A stretch of DNA of 64,000 bases from a virus (IMGVR_UViG_3300025924_000004:6834-70833); one strand, 5' to 3'. Shown: positions 49,373-59,837, numbered from the stretch's first letter. Numbers and translations are program-made. Notes: a model not told the origin generated them from the letters alone.

Positions 49373-49603
49373 ATGACAACACGAAAACCACATTTAGCCG
49401 GAATTTTAGGAATGGCAGCCATGTTTGACGCATTGGGTACTATGCCCTTAGCGCCAAGTCGCCCAACGGTTTCAGCCCGTATGCAATTAACAGGCGTTAA
49501 GGGCGGACATATATCATGGGGCAATCCACACGATGCTTCGGTTAAAAAACGCAGAGCCAAAGAACGACGCGCTAAACAAGCCCGTAAAATCAATTGGGGC
49601 TAA
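49373..49603 (+). CDS. small basic protein
   Basis: KKRRAKERRAKQARK tail. Confidence 0.5.
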   Translation: MTTRKPHLAGILGMAAMFDALGTMPLAPSRPTVSARMQLTGVKGGHISWGNPHDASVKKRRAKERRAKQARKINWG

Positions 49604-49666
49604 CTTTCAACACACTAATATAGCAAATAAAAACGGATATTTACATACACATTAATCAAATCAAAA

Positions 49667-50221
49667 ATGGGACTCATTTCAGACATCGTATCGGCATGGA
49701 ACTGGCTAAAAAACGGTTTTATAGACCACATTCAAAGCGGCAATAAAATAGCTATCTTTATTACACAAACGGTAAAATCCTTGTTGGTCAATCCGGCTAC
49801 GGGCTTTCTTTTAAATATAGCGGATGCTGTAACGCACTCGCAGTTACCAACAGAAATAGCCAATACTGTAGTAAGCGTCATTCCAAAGATACTTGCCTTT
49901 GAATTGGGCATACAGGAGCTTCCTGCGAACCCCGCAGAGGCCGATATACTTGCCTTTGAACAATCAGTACTGGCAGCGTTTAAAGTGACGTCAGACGCCT
50001 CTAAGGTATACACAACGCTTGCCGCCCAAGTATATTCACTCATAAAAGCAGCATCGGCAGACGGTAAGGTAACCTTTGGCGAGGCTGTAACTATTGTTGA
50101 ACAAGCCTATCAGGATTACCAAGCTGATTTAAAAAACACGGCTGCAACCGATATTGGGATTGTTGATAAACCACCGGGAACAGTTTTGGCAGACGGTTTA
50201 AATATTGTACTCCCAAACTAA
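49667..50221 (+). CDS. helical A/I/L-rich hypothetical protein
   Basis: 184-aa ORF with A-rich start. Confidence 0.7.
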   Translation: MGLISDIVSAWNWLKNGFIDHIQSGNKIAIFITQTVKSLLVNPATGFLLNIADAVTHSQLPTEIANTVVSVIPKILAFELGIQELPANPAEADILAFEQSVLAAFKVTSDASKVYTTLAAQVYSLIKAASADGKVTFGEAVTIVEQAYQDYQADLKNTAATDIGIVDKPPGTVLADGLNIVLPN

Positions 50222-50267
50222 ACAGCCCAAGCATAAGATTTTGGGCAAGTATTTGGAGTAAGATAAA

Positions 50268-50406
50268 AGCATTGTGGCGGAATTATACGCAGGTAACAAG
50301 GATTGATAACGCTTCAAAGCCTTGAACTAAAAATGGCTGCCCTTGTAGAGCTTTCTCGTTGTAAACACGAGTAAGCCATTGCAGGTAACCAATCCTGCCA
50401 ATGCTT
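50268..50406 (+). ncRNA. tRNA-like structured RNA with elaborated arms
   Basis: AGCATTG/CAATGCT closing stem; TG-GCG-GAATTATA-CGC; two internal arms; GCAGG-TAACCAAT-CCTGC. Confidence 0.5.
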
Positions 50407-50502
50407 ATTTAAGACAAAGGGTACGCCTACTACCTATCGACAGGGGCAATATAAGTTTATAGTTTTGTGGGGCTAACCATCTTTAGGGGTGGTTGGCTTT
50501 TT

Positions 50503-50838
50503 TTACGATGCAGGTGGTGTATCAGGTGTTGGCGCAGGTGGTGGATTATTAACCACGTTAGTATTGTTGCCCGTAACCGCAGTGTCTGCTTTCTTTGTAT
50601 TACCACCAAAGTAAACAGCGTTCGGCCCATTAAGCAAGCTACCGCCAATCAACCCGATTATCAAGGTGAGTATCTCCATCTTATCCCCCCAACGGAATAA
50701 GATATAACCTAAAAGAATTAATGCGCCTAAAACGTACATGTACGATATATTAGACCTTGTTTTTTCGTCTTGGGGTTGTGGTGTTAAATCTGCCATTTTT
50801 ATTGTGAGTTTAGAATTTTTCATTTTTCTTGTCGACAT
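50503..50838 (-). CDS. holin-like membrane protein (probable start 50796)
   Basis: two TM segments next to the endolysin. Confidence 0.55.
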   Translation of the reverse strand: MSTRKMKNSKLTIKMADLTPQPQDEKTRSNISYMYVLGALILLGYILFRWGDKMEILTLIIGLIGGSLLNGPNAVYFGGNTKKADTAVTGNNTNVVNNPPPAPTPDTPPAS

Positions 50839-50892
50839 CTCTCATAACATCAACGTAGCAAGCTACCATGCCAAGTATGAAAGCTAAGTAAA

Positions 50893-51483
50893 TCATAACG
50901 CTGCCAGTTGTTCTACAGTCCCGTTAAAATAATCTAAGTCCAAATCACCGCCAGTTGAGCTTCCGTGAGCCACACCCTGTTGGTCGCCAAATTGTGAAAA
51001 CTGCCACAACGTCCACGGTATATGAGGCGGTTCAGGTTGCCAAGCTGCTATCCAATAATAACAATCAAATTGAGTACCTTTTAGATTATCTTTATAAAAT
51101 GATGGGTCACAATACAGTATTGGTTTACGTCCTGTTTTTTCTTGTGCAGCCGTTAGCCATTCAGTAACCATTTCGGGAGTAATTCCGTCCACTTCCGCAT
51201 CTAATATAGGGGGTAGCGAATTAGCAACCCGCCCGTTAAAGTAATTATCAAGCTGCGCCTGTACCGAAACGCCCGGTTTCATAAAGTGATAGTCGCCCCA
51301 AACTAAATCTGTTTTTGGCAGGTATCCCGAACGATAGGCGTAAGTTTTAGCGGTGAAAGTACCGCCCTCTGATTTTTTTATAATCACAAATTTAAAGTCA
51401 GGCGAAATGGTCTGCCAGTTAATATCGTTATTGTCGCTACAGTCAAACCCTTTTATCATTTTACGCCGTTTACGTTTGGTCAT
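50893..51483 (-). CDS. GH25 endolysin
   Basis: IKGFDCS, IIKKSEG, YHF, PILDAE, WIAAW, LWQFS, LDLDYF. Confidence 0.9.
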   Translation of the reverse strand: MTKRKRRKMIKGFDCSDNNDINWQTISPDFKFVIIKKSEGGTFTAKTYAYRSGYLPKTDLVWGDYHFMKPGVSVQAQLDNYFNGRVANSLPPILDAEVDGITPEMVTEWLTAAQEKTGRKPILYCDPSFYKDNLKGTQFDCYYWIAAWQPEPPHIPWTLWQFSQFGDQQGVAHGSSTGGDLDLDYFNGTVEQLAAL

Positions 51484-51679
51484 ATCTCTTTATTATGCCT
51501 TTCTGCCCAAACTGAAAGCGTCACCACAATTAAAGCTATTGCCAATATAAGTGCGGTGAGTAGTTTGATTAGCATTTACTAAGGTAATTAAAATAATTTA
51601 AAAATAAAATGCAATTAGGCGAAAATAAATTTGCGTATATCAAAACTATTCACGATATTTGATTTGTTAATTAAGAAGT

Positions 51680-51997
51680 ATGAAAATAATAACATTAGAC
51701 GAAACGCTTGACTTTTACCACGAAGGACGTAACTTTAATTATGACGATGTGCGTAAATCTATGGGTCGTTATTACAGGCAGGGTCGTTACGAATTATTCC
51801 CTTTAATATTCAGGGGACAGCAATGGGCGATTTGGGAAAACCTTATGTCAACAGAACCCACTAGTACGGGGAAGATAGCCGAATTGACAGGCATACCATC
51901 TAAAAACCTTGCCACGCAATTAAAGCAAATGGCGCGTACTGGATTGGTTAAATCCACATCAAACGGCAAGCTAAAAAGTTGGACTAAAATTGATTAA
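51680..51997 (+). CDS. winged-helix DNA-binding protein
   Basis: STGKIAELTGIPSKNLATQLKQMARTGLV; promoter TTTG-21 nt-GATATTTG upstream. Confidence 0.65.
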   Translation: MKIITLDETLDFYHEGRNFNYDDVRKSMGRYYRQGRYELFPLIFRGQQWAIWENLMSTEPTSTGKIAELTGIPSKNLATQLKQMARTGLVKSTSNGKLKSWTKID

Positions 51998-52492
51998 ATC
52001 TAACCACCCTAAGTAAAGGCTATTGAAAGAGTAAGGCCGATGTTGAGATCGGCGGGATTTTAAAATAGAAAAGATTATGAAATATTCGAGAAAATGCCTT
52101 GTATGCGGCAAAGAAGTGGTTAGTTCTAATATGAGAACATTTGTTCATGAGGAATGTAAAAAACCAAAGGCCGCTGATGCTGATAATGGCGCTATTGACT
52201 TAATGGTAAAGGAAAGTGTTCACGCTTGGAATGAAAGCACTAAAAACTACAATATATAACCCTATAGCGTGTTAAAACGCCCCAAAAAAAGGAAGAAGAT
52301 GAAAAAGTTAAAAGTACACAATACAGCAAGCCAAAACTACAATTCCGTAGTTCTGTGGGCTAATCAATCTGAAAGCACAAATGCAGAAATAGTTAGCATC
52401 GTTTTCAGCCCACTTGGTGAGGGAACTTGGCTCATTTACTATTATTAATCGCTATCACCCACCAAGAATTAACTATTAAGTTGTAAGAAGAT

Positions 52493-52711
52493 ATGAGATA
52501 TTACAAAGCCATCATAAGCCATTATTGTAGTTTCAAATTTTATCTTGAAAATGGTGAAAATGCTGACAGGCTTGTGAGAGAATGGGTGAGAGGACAAAAT
52601 TCCGGTGAAGCTAAAAGCGATAGACTGAACGTAATTCAAGTGCGGTCTGTTACTCAAAAAGAATATGATAATTGTAACTGGCCTGACAATACATATCTGT
52701 TCACAAAGTAA
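52493..52711 (+). CDS. hypothetical protein
   Basis: ORF. Confidence 0.5.
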   Translation: MRYYKAIISHYCSFKFYLENGENADRLVREWVRGQNSGEAKSDRLNVIQVRSVTQKEYDNCNWPDNTYLFTK

Positions 52712-52740
52712 ATTAAGTTAGTCTAAATACCATAAAGAAA

Positions 52741-52962
52741 ATGAAAACAGAAGGAAATGATCTGATGCACCCATTTGAGGAAACTGATACGGGCGGGAAT
52801 CATTATCATACACATTATGGCCTCACCAAACGAGAATATTTTGCGGTTATGGCTATGCAGGGAATGATGTCCTATGTAAACACACCAATGCCACCGTCTG
52901 AAATTTGTGAAGAAGCGGTGCGTTTGTCGGGCGCCCTTATTGAAGCACTTAATAAACAATAA
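52741..52962 (+). CDS. hypothetical phage protein
   Basis: GLTKREYFAVMAMQG, a motif recurrent in phage proteins. Confidence 0.65.
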   Translation: MKTEGNDLMHPFEETDTGGNHYHTHYGLTKREYFAVMAMQGMMSYVNTPMPPSEICEEAVRLSGALIEALNKQ

Positions 52963-52964
52963 CC

Positions 52965-53534
52965 ATGGCCCAAAAACTCGAACTCAAAGACCTTGCCTGC
53001 TATTTGCCGTATGGTATCATGTGCCAGTACGAGGGTATTATCAATGGCAAAGAACTTGCAGCTGAACAAAAGCAATTTGCCACAGATGGTCACCCGTTCG
53101 ATTTTGCAGCCAAGCCAAAAAAGGGTTTAAAGATTGCACCTATAAAAGAAATTCGGCTTTATAAAAATTACTGGAAAGCGTATATAGGTAATTACCCGCG
53201 TCACGCAAAATCATTTGTTAATGGTATTGGTTTCAAACCCCTAGTCATTCCTTTGAGCCAGTTGACAAAAGAAGAGTGGGTTGAGGTGTTTAAGGCGGGA
53301 TGCGCTGAATTTAACGACAAGTTTTCGGTTGACATCGACAATGAAAATTGGGTGACATTGGACTTGTGTTATGATATTTCGACATTTGATTTTCGCTGGA
53401 AGGAATTTAAAATCAGCCATCACATGCCGCCGTTCAACCAACTCGCAGCCTTTCAAAAACTATACTCACTCCACGCAGATTTGGATGACCTTATAGGCAA
53501 GAAAATTGGATTAAATAAATTAGATTTTAAATGA
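52965..53534 (+). CDS. hypothetical phage protein (YopX-like position and pattern)
   Basis: LACYLPYG...[11 protein letters not shown]. Confidence 0.6.
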   Translation: MAQKLELKDLACYLPYGIMCQYEGIINGKELAAEQKQFATDGHPFDFAAKPKKGLKIAPIKEIRLYKNYWKAYIGNYPRHAKSFVNGIGFKPLVIPLSQLTKEEWVEVFKAGCAEFNDKFSVDIDNENWVTLDLCYDISTFDFRWKEFKISHHMPPFNQLAAFQKLYSLHADLDDLIGKKIGLNKLDFK

Positions 53535-54334
53535 ACCGCTCAAAAATGACATCAAGTATAATACCTTACGATGGTGAAATCGTTAAGATGATCGATGATG
53601 CGTTTTCAGTAACATCATTTGGGCGAGTGTTTGCAAATCCGTTTTCAGTATTAATGCCTTCTGGGCATTACCGAAAATTTGGATATAGGGAACTTGCGAG
53701 AGAATTAAACACGAATGGATACCCAACGGTCAGAAAACATCGTAGAGTTACTATTCATAGACTGGTAGCTACTGCCTTTATTCCAAATCCTGAAAATAAG
53801 CCACAGATTAACCATATCGATGGTAATAAACTAAATAACCGCGTAGAAAATTTAGAATGGTGTACTTGCGCTGAAAACATAAGACATGCGGTTATAACTG
53901 GTCTAATGAAAACCAAAAAAGTGCATTGTTACAACTTGGATGGAGATTATTTAACCACATTTAAGTCAATAGACGATGCTATGTCATTCGCTAATATAAA
54001 AAGTGGCATTTCCTCGTCTATAAGAAGAAAACAAAGCGCAGGTGGCTATCAATGGAGATACGATAACATAAGCTATAAAGACAATATCGGCAAATACGAT
54101 AGGAATTATTGTAGCCTGCGGGGAGAATTGCATCATAATAGCAAAAAAGTAGTGCAAATCGATTTAGCCGGAAATAAAATTCAAGTTTTTAGTAGCGTTA
54201 AAATCGCTCAAGATACATTAGGGATATACAATGTTGGCACTGTTTGTCTTGGTAAAAGAAATAATGCAGGAGGTAAATACTTTCTATACGAAGATGATTT
54301 TATGGCATTGAATAAGAACGATTATTTAAAGTAA
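53531..54334 (+). CDS. HNH homing endonuclease with two NUMOD1-like repeats
   Basis: [36 protein letters not shown]; [20 protein letters not shown]. Confidence 0.9.
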   Translation: MNRSKMTSSIIPYDGEIVKMIDDAFSVTSFGRVFANPFSVLMPSGHYRKFGYRELARELNTNGYPTVRKHRRVTIHRLVATAFIPNPENKPQINHIDGNKLNNRVENLEWCTCAENIRHAVITGLMKTKKVHCYNLDGDYLTTFKSIDDAMSFANIKSGISSSIRRKQSAGGYQWRYDNISYKDNIGKYDRNYCSLRGELHHNSKKVVQIDLAGNKIQVFSSVKIAQDTLGIYNVGTVCLGKRNNAGGKYFLYEDDFMALNKNDYLK

Positions 54335-54340
54335 AGAGAT

Positions 54341-54667
54341 ATGGAAAGTCAACTTAAAAACCCAAATGGACTACATCAAAGGTATGTAGTAAAAAATATC
54401 AAGGTAATACCCAATCCGAATTTTGGCTTAAACCTGAGTAGCACTCGATACGGCAAGCGAAAAAACACCACTTCTGAATTTTTAACAGAGGTAAAAGATG
54501 TCGATAAAGACTCGGAATACTTCGTTATGCGTCTCGATACTGGCGGTTCCGATATGGAACATATTAAAGCCTGCCGTATTGGTGTACACGCCTATGCAGA
54601 AGCTATTAAGCATCATTTACCTGATCTTGCTAAAGAACTTATTGAAAGGTATCCACTTATACCATAA
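54341..54667 (+). CDS. hypothetical phage protein
   Basis: GLHQRYVV...YFVMRLD...AYAEAI. Confidence 0.65.
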   Translation: MESQLKNPNGLHQRYVVKNIKVIPNPNFGLNLSSTRYGKRKNTTSEFLTEVKDVDKDSEYFVMRLDTGGSDMEHIKACRIGVHAYAEAIKHHLPDLAKELIERYPLIP

Positions 54668-54704
54668 ACGGCACATCCCCCATAACCAATAAAGTAATAA
54701 CACC

Positions 54705-54896
54705 ATGAGTAAAGAAACGTTAAAAGAGCATTATCAAATCGGTACCAGTGTTAAAGATACAGAGGTGCCCAGACTTGGTTCGGGAACCATTATAAAGGTA
54801 ACAACTAAAACAGTACAGGTAAAATACGAAACAATGAAAGTGGTTTATTTCCATATTAAGCTGCCTGAATTTTTTGATCAAATCGTTAAATCTTAA
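54705..54896 (+). CDS. small SH3-like beta protein
   Basis: IGTSVKD..LGSGTIIKV..VQVKY. Confidence 0.5.
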   Translation: MSKETLKEHYQIGTSVKDTEVPRLGSGTIIKVTTKTVQVKYETMKVVYFHIKLPEFFDQIVKS

Positions 54897-54910
54897 CCCC
54901 CCATAAAAAG

Positions 54911-55189
54911 ATGAGTAAAGAGCAGGCGGGAGCCAAGACAGCGGAACAGCGTATAGCAGCATTTTCAGGCGGAAAGCAGAAAATAACAATTGGCGATAAA
55001 TTCAAATGGAATGGAATGTGCCCCGGCCAATACGAGGTAGTTGAATTTGTTGATGAAAATGTCGTGTACTCACCAAGCAGATTAGGCGGAACATTTGGCG
55101 TAATAGTTAAAAATATAGCTAATGGTGCTACCGATGAATGGTGTGCTGACAGTGTGGCAAACGGAATATTTCACAATAAAATCGATTAA
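54911..55189 (+). CDS. hypothetical protein
   Basis: ORF. Confidence 0.55.
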   Translation: MSKEQAGAKTAEQRIAAFSGGKQKITIGDKFKWNGMCPGQYEVVEFVDENVVYSPSRLGGTFGVIVKNIANGATDEWCADSVANGIFHNKID

Positions 55190-55191
55190 CC

Positions 55192-55734
55192 ATGAATGGA
55201 ACGAAGGCACACGAACTAAAAACAGTCCAGCCCTATTTTAACCAGCTTTTAAGCGGTGAAAAGACTTTTGAACTTAGGTTTAACGACCGTGATTTTCAGG
55301 TAGGCGACACACTTATTTTAAAAGAATACACTATTACAGATCATGACTTTTATGGCGGTGATGAGTATTCAGGTAGGTCAATAACCGTAAAAGTAACAAA
55401 TGTCCTTAGTGGGTTTAGAGGATTGGAAAACAGCTACTGTATTTTGTCTTTCGCCTCCCTCCAAACAGCCGGGCTTGAAGCCAAAATTATCGAATACGAA
55501 AAATGGCAAAAGTTGGATACTGATAAGATTATTGCGCTTGAGGAAGAACGGGATAGGTATAAAAAGGCACTGGAGGAAATAAGCGAACCAATGAGGTCGG
55601 AATACGAAGCCGCTTGCGCTGATGCTGACTGGTACAATAACAATATGCCCGGCGTAGGCCAATCCCTTGATTATAAGTCACGGCCTGCAAAACCAAAGGC
55701 ACTTGAAATTATTGATATAGCCCTAAATAAGTAG
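55192..55734 (+). CDS. ASCH/PUA-domain (DUF3850) protein
   Basis: HELKT..YF..LLSGEKTFELRFNDRDFQVGDTLILKEY. Confidence 0.85.
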   Translation: MNGTKAHELKTVQPYFNQLLSGEKTFELRFNDRDFQVGDTLILKEYTITDHDFYGGDEYSGRSITVKVTNVLSGFRGLENSYCILSFASLQTAGLEAKIIEYEKWQKLDTDKIIALEEERDRYKKALEEISEPMRSEYEAACADADWYNNNMPGVGQSLDYKSRPAKPKALEIIDIALNK

Positions 55735-55737
55735 ACA

Positions 55738-56019
55738 ATGAACCGATTTATAGTAACCATCAATCCTACTAAAGTTGAGCATCCGATATTAGAATGCTCA
55801 ATTCCCTTTGACGATCAGCTAACTTATTTATTTAAAGAAGGTACCTCGTTAGGTATTGACATTTTAAAGGCCGACAAAGAGTTTTATAACGATGGTGAGT
55901 ACGAAATGGTTCGATACACCTTTAATGATTTGACGCCTGAAAAATCGGAAGAACTCGAATGGTTCGCCAAAAAACTGTGCATCTATTTCAATCACGCTAT
56001 TAACCAAAATTTAAATTAA
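55738..56019 (+). CDS. hypothetical protein
   Basis: ORF. Confidence 0.55.
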   Translation: MNRFIVTINPTKVEHPILECSIPFDDQLTYLFKEGTSLGIDILKADKEFYNDGEYEMVRYTFNDLTPEKSEELEWFAKKLCIYFNHAINQNLN

Positions 56020-56058
56020 CCTCTATCTTTCAACCAAATAACAACTCAATATATCCCG

Positions 56059-56346
56059 ATGGACAAAGCGCATACATACATAAAAGAAGACGGTAAGACA
56101 TTTTGGGTACAGCCAAACGGTGAGCTAGTCCGTTCGCATGATGATAACTTTACAGGGCCACGTTTTAGGCACAGAAGATGCCCATTTTGCAATCGAATTA
56201 CTTCTATCCATGTTCTGCATTGGTTTAATCATATGACGGCTTGTGCACCTTCTCAATACGATGATAGCGATCTAAATGAATTAAGATACCGTCCACTAAA
56301 TGAAGTTATTGAAACCAGTTATAATTTAAATAAACCAATCAAATGA
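56059..56346 (+). CDS. zinc-finger protein
   Basis: CPFC...HMTAC. Confidence 0.55.
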   Translation: MDKAHTYIKEDGKTFWVQPNGELVRSHDDNFTGPRFRHRRCPFCNRITSIHVLHWFNHMTACAPSQYDDSDLNELRYRPLNEVIETSYNLNKPIK

Positions 56347-56918
56347 AAACACTAATAGTAACCACCAAAGACGATATGACCGGAAAAGAAATTATACAAG
56401 CCGAACGCCAGCGCCAAATCGAAAAAGAGGGCTGGACTGCAAAGCATGATGATAGCCACAATCGTGGACAATTGGAACGCGCTGCCGATTGTTATTTTGA
56501 TTTTGCCGACTATAACGACTACGCCAATACAAAAGTACCTAAGCATTGGCCGTGGAGTGATAATTGGTGGAAACCCAAAAACCAACTTGAAGATTATATC
56601 CGCGCAGGTGCATTGTATCAAGCCGAAATGGATAGACACGAGCGAAAAGGTTCCGGGTCATCATATTGGACAAGTATGAAACTTATGCGTATTGAGTGCG
56701 AAAACAGAATCAATACCCTCATCACCCCCTCAACATCAACTACATTACTGGGTGGGGAAACGGAGATAGTTATAAACGGCGATAATGTTAGCTTTGATAT
56801 TTTTGAAAACAACGTCAAATTTATCGTAATAGGAAATGAAGATGAGCCTCGTATATGGTATTGTAGCGATAGCGATTTAATCCGCTTACGTGACTTTCTT
56901 AACCAATTGCCACTTTAA
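56343..56918 (+). CDS. hypothetical phage protein
   Basis: ERQRQIEKEGW..HDD...WPW...WWKP...RAGAL. Confidence 0.65.
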   Translation: MKTLIVTTKDDMTGKEIIQAERQRQIEKEGWTAKHDDSHNRGQLERAADCYFDFADYNDYANTKVPKHWPWSDNWWKPKNQLEDYIRAGALYQAEMDRHERKGSGSSYWTSMKLMRIECENRINTLITPSTSTTLLGGETEIVINGDNVSFDIFENNVKFIVIGNEDEPRIWYCSDSDLIRLRDFLNQLPL

Positions 56919-56952
56919 CACCACCCTTAACGGGTAAAACACAGCAGAAAAG

Positions 56953-57198
56953 ATGAAAGAGCAAAAAATGACCAATAAAGACTTTATACAGGGATTTGTT
57001 TTATTGATAGGATTAGCTATATTGATAAATTCAATTATTTACATGGGATTTGCCTTGTATGAAGCGAAGTTTAACATCTCATTATGGGAAACCGACCATA
57101 GGAAATCTTATGCCATAGGCTCTACGATTATTTTCTTGGCAGCTATTGTTCTATGGATATTAGCCGCAGCTAATAGCGATACAGAAAAAGACTCTTAA
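56953..57198 (+). CDS. two-TM membrane protein
   Basis: hydrophobic segments. Confidence 0.55.
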   Translation: MKEQKMTNKDFIQGFVLLIGLAILINSIIYMGFALYEAKFNISLWETDHRKSYAIGSTIIFLAAIVLWILAAANSDTEKDS

Positions 57199-57211
57199 CT
57201 CCCCCACCCCG

Positions 57212-57553
57212 ATGACAACAATAGAAACGAAATACGACGAAAGCAACCTGCTCATTGCACTATTTATGTGTGCAGAAAAAGACGGTGGCTCAACCATGGC
57301 GATAGATGGCACCTATGCCGAATCATATAAAGTTTGTCCTGATCCTAAATATCCGTTTCTGGATGAAACATTTCATAATAAACGCACATATAATGAAATT
57401 CATTCAATTTCAAACCTGCAATATCACACATCATGGTCATGGTTAATGCCCGTTTGTATAAAATTGAAAATTGATTATATTTGTACTGATATTGATAAAG
57501 CATATCAACAAGTTATAGATGAAATTAAAAAAAGAAAATTGGAAAAAAGTTGA
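57212..57553 (+). CDS. NinX-like hypothetical protein
   Basis: LLIALFM...YHTSWSWLMPV. Confidence 0.55.
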   Translation: MTTIETKYDESNLLIALFMCAEKDGGSTMAIDGTYAESYKVCPDPKYPFLDETFHNKRTYNEIHSISNLQYHTSWSWLMPVCIKLKIDYICTDIDKAYQQVIDEIKKRKLEKS

Positions 57554-58097
57554 AGGATGTGAATTTTATGAGGTATCTGATTTCGGCAACGTTAGGAGTT
57601 TAGATAAACCTGTTAATGGATGGAATGGCGTCAAAACAAAAACAGGTCGAATACTAAAGCCGGGAATCAGAAACGGATATAAGTCTATAGTTTTATCGGA
57701 TGGCGATAAGCAAAAAAATGCTCACATACATAGATTAGTAGCTTATGCTTTTATCCCTAATCCCCAAAATAAGGAAACTGTAAACCATATAGACGGTAAT
57801 AAACTGAATAACCATGTTGATAATTTAGAATGGGCTACCCGTTCAGAGCAACAACAACACGCTTTTAGAACCGGATTATATAAACCATACATCATCAATG
57901 CTGGTAAATCAGGCGCCTTGCATAATCGAAGCAGGGGTGTTATTCAAATGGATATGCAAGGTAAAATTATTATGCAGTTTGGGTCGCAATCGGAAGCGGC
58001 AAGAGAAACGGGATTTTATCAAACTGGTATATCTAAATGTTGCAGGGGCGAAATCGAACAGCATAAAGGCTTTAAATGGGTGTTCCACCAAACTTGA
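57519..58097 (+). CDS. NUMOD4-HNH-NUMOD1 homing endonuclease
   Basis: ENWKKVEG..YEVSDFGNVRS; IHRLVAYAFIPN...[17 protein letters not shown]. Confidence 0.9.
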   Translation: MKLKKENWKKVEGCEFYEVSDFGNVRSLDKPVNGWNGVKTKTGRILKPGIRNGYKSIVLSDGDKQKNAHIHRLVAYAFIPNPQNKETVNHIDGNKLNNHVDNLEWATRSEQQQHAFRTGLYKPYIINAGKSGALHNRSRGVIQMDMQGKIIMQFGSQSEAARETGFYQTGISKCCRGEIEQHKGFKWVFHQT

Positions 58098-58148
58098 AGC
58101 TACCTACCAAGCCGTTGTAGAGTTTTTGGAGTTTTTAAAGAAAGAGAA

Positions 58149-58445
58149 ATGAAAAAATTTATTTACATCATAACAGACAAAGATCACCATAATTTACATA
58201 TGGGACTTTGCGCCGATCTTGTTAAGACTATTGAATTTTACGAGCAAATGCCAACGCTGTTTTTTGATGCTTCTCAAATGCTGAATAAGTTGGTTTATTT
58301 CGAGGAAATTGATGGTGAAGATGTCGCATTTGAAAAATATAAATCCATGAGTACATTCACACGGTCGCGTAAAGAAGAACTAATCGCCTCAATAAATCCT
58401 AATATGGTTGATATAAGAAAACGTTTAACCCATCAGCAGAAATGA
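58149..58445 (+). CDS. degenerate GIY-YIG (UPF0213-like) protein
   Basis: FIYII...LHMG...KLVYFEE...RKEELIASINP. Confidence 0.65.
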   Translation: MKKFIYIITDKDHHNLHMGLCADLVKTIEFYEQMPTLFFDASQMLNKLVYFEEIDGEDVAFEKYKSMSTFTRSRKEELIASINPNMVDIRKRLTHQQK

Positions 58446-58960
58446 AAGAAGATAAAACATTCACTTGTAATGAGTGTGGCAGAGAGTTCGATGAAGGGGC
58501 GTGTCCGTCATGTGGCAGCCTTGATTTCTACTCCAATTCGGAATATGATGCTAAGATACTAGCCGATGCAAAGCGATTAGCCACACCACTAGAAACGGTA
58601 GAGGAAATACAAAAGGCTAAGAACGAATTTGCCGACAAATTGGCTAATGATATTCTTGCTGAAATGAAAAAGGACATCACAACTCATGCTCAAATATTCG
58701 ACTATATAACCGCTTCAATACACTCGTTTGATGCTAAATTTGGCTCTCAATGGCAATTAAGGCAGCGGCAGGTAGATAAAGACGGATGGATTTATTGCGA
58801 AATGCCACTCTTGCCATCGACCGGAGAGTACGAGGTTATTGATAGTGATAATAATATATTCAAAGCTATTTATATTGATTTTGGTGAAGATCACGGATGG
58901 CAAGTAGATAAGCACATAGTCGCCTACCGCGAAATCAAACAACCACCTATCAGCAAATAA
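58442..58960 (+). CDS. zinc-ribbon hypothetical protein
   Basis: CNECG...CPSCGS. Confidence 0.6.
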   Translation: MKEDKTFTCNECGREFDEGACPSCGSLDFYSNSEYDAKILADAKRLATPLETVEEIQKAKNEFADKLANDILAEMKKDITTHAQIFDYITASIHSFDAKFGSQWQLRQRQVDKDGWIYCEMPLLPSTGEYEVIDSDNNIFKAIYIDFGEDHGWQVDKHIVAYREIKQPPISK

Positions 58961-58969
58961 CTAAAAACC

Positions 58970-59353
58970 ATGAAAACTCTCACCACATTACTTCTTATCT
59001 TAACCTCTACCTTTTGCTTTGGGCAGACCAAAATAGGTAACATTACAATTCCTGACAGCGAAGCGCAACGGTACTTTTTAGATTGCTACAGACATCCTGA
59101 TACTGTTTATGAAAAAACTGAAAGTGATGGCGTTATCATCCACTGGAACGCAGAACATACAGCCGGATATGGCGACCCGGAAAGCAGGAAGCAATCGGAG
59201 GCGAGGAAACAGCGTGTTGATGCTTACAATGCCGATTTACGTAGAATTGCCATAGCTAAGTACGGTGATAGTATTCCACAAAAATGGTTAGTCGCTCGTA
59301 AACCATCGGAAATTGACTTTATTAAGTGGAAAGCAAGAACTCAATCCAAATGA
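58970..59353 (+). CDS. secreted hypothetical protein
   Basis: signal peptide MKTLTTLLLILTSTFCFGQ. Confidence 0.6.
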   Translation: MKTLTTLLLILTSTFCFGQTKIGNITIPDSEAQRYFLDCYRHPDTVYEKTESDGVIIHWNAEHTAGYGDPESRKQSEARKQRVDAYNADLRRIAIAKYGDSIPQKWLVARKPSEIDFIKWKARTQSK

Positions 59354-59450
59354 AAAACAACTACGTTACACAAAGGCGGAATAGAATTTTAGCCAAATAC
59401 CGATCTATTAAACTACTTGAAGATTTAAAAAAGTTTTTAATTGAAATGAT

Positions 59451-59837
59451 ATGAGTAAACAAGCCCTAATAATTCTAATCCTATTTCAACTCACACATTG
59501 GTTAGCTGATTATACTAATTTGTCAACAAAATGGATGCTTGATGCGAAGCGATTGGGGAAACCGCTTATTCCGATATTCACACATGCTATTATTCATGCA
59601 ATTTTAGTTGGTTTTGTTTTAATACCATTATCCGTTGTAAACCCGGTGCTGTGGATGAAATTGATGGGATTTCAATTAATCAGCCATTTTTTAATTGACG
59701 TTTGGAAAGGTAGAATGAACGGATGGTTCCCGTCACTACAAAGCCCTGCTAATAAGTTCCATTGGTATATTTTTGGTTTTGACCAGCTATTGCATCAAAT
59801 AGTTCTGATAATTATAACCTTTTTGGCGGCTTTTTAA
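59451..59837 (+). CDS. DUF3307 membrane protein
   Basis: HWLADY...HAIIH...SHFLID..K...GFDQLLH. Confidence 0.8.
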   Translation: MSKQALIILILFQLTHWLADYTNLSTKWMLDAKRLGKPLIPIFTHAIIHAILVGFVLIPLSVVNPVLWMKLMGFQLISHFLIDVWKGRMNGWFPSLQSPANKFHWYIFGFDQLLHQIVLIIITFLAAF

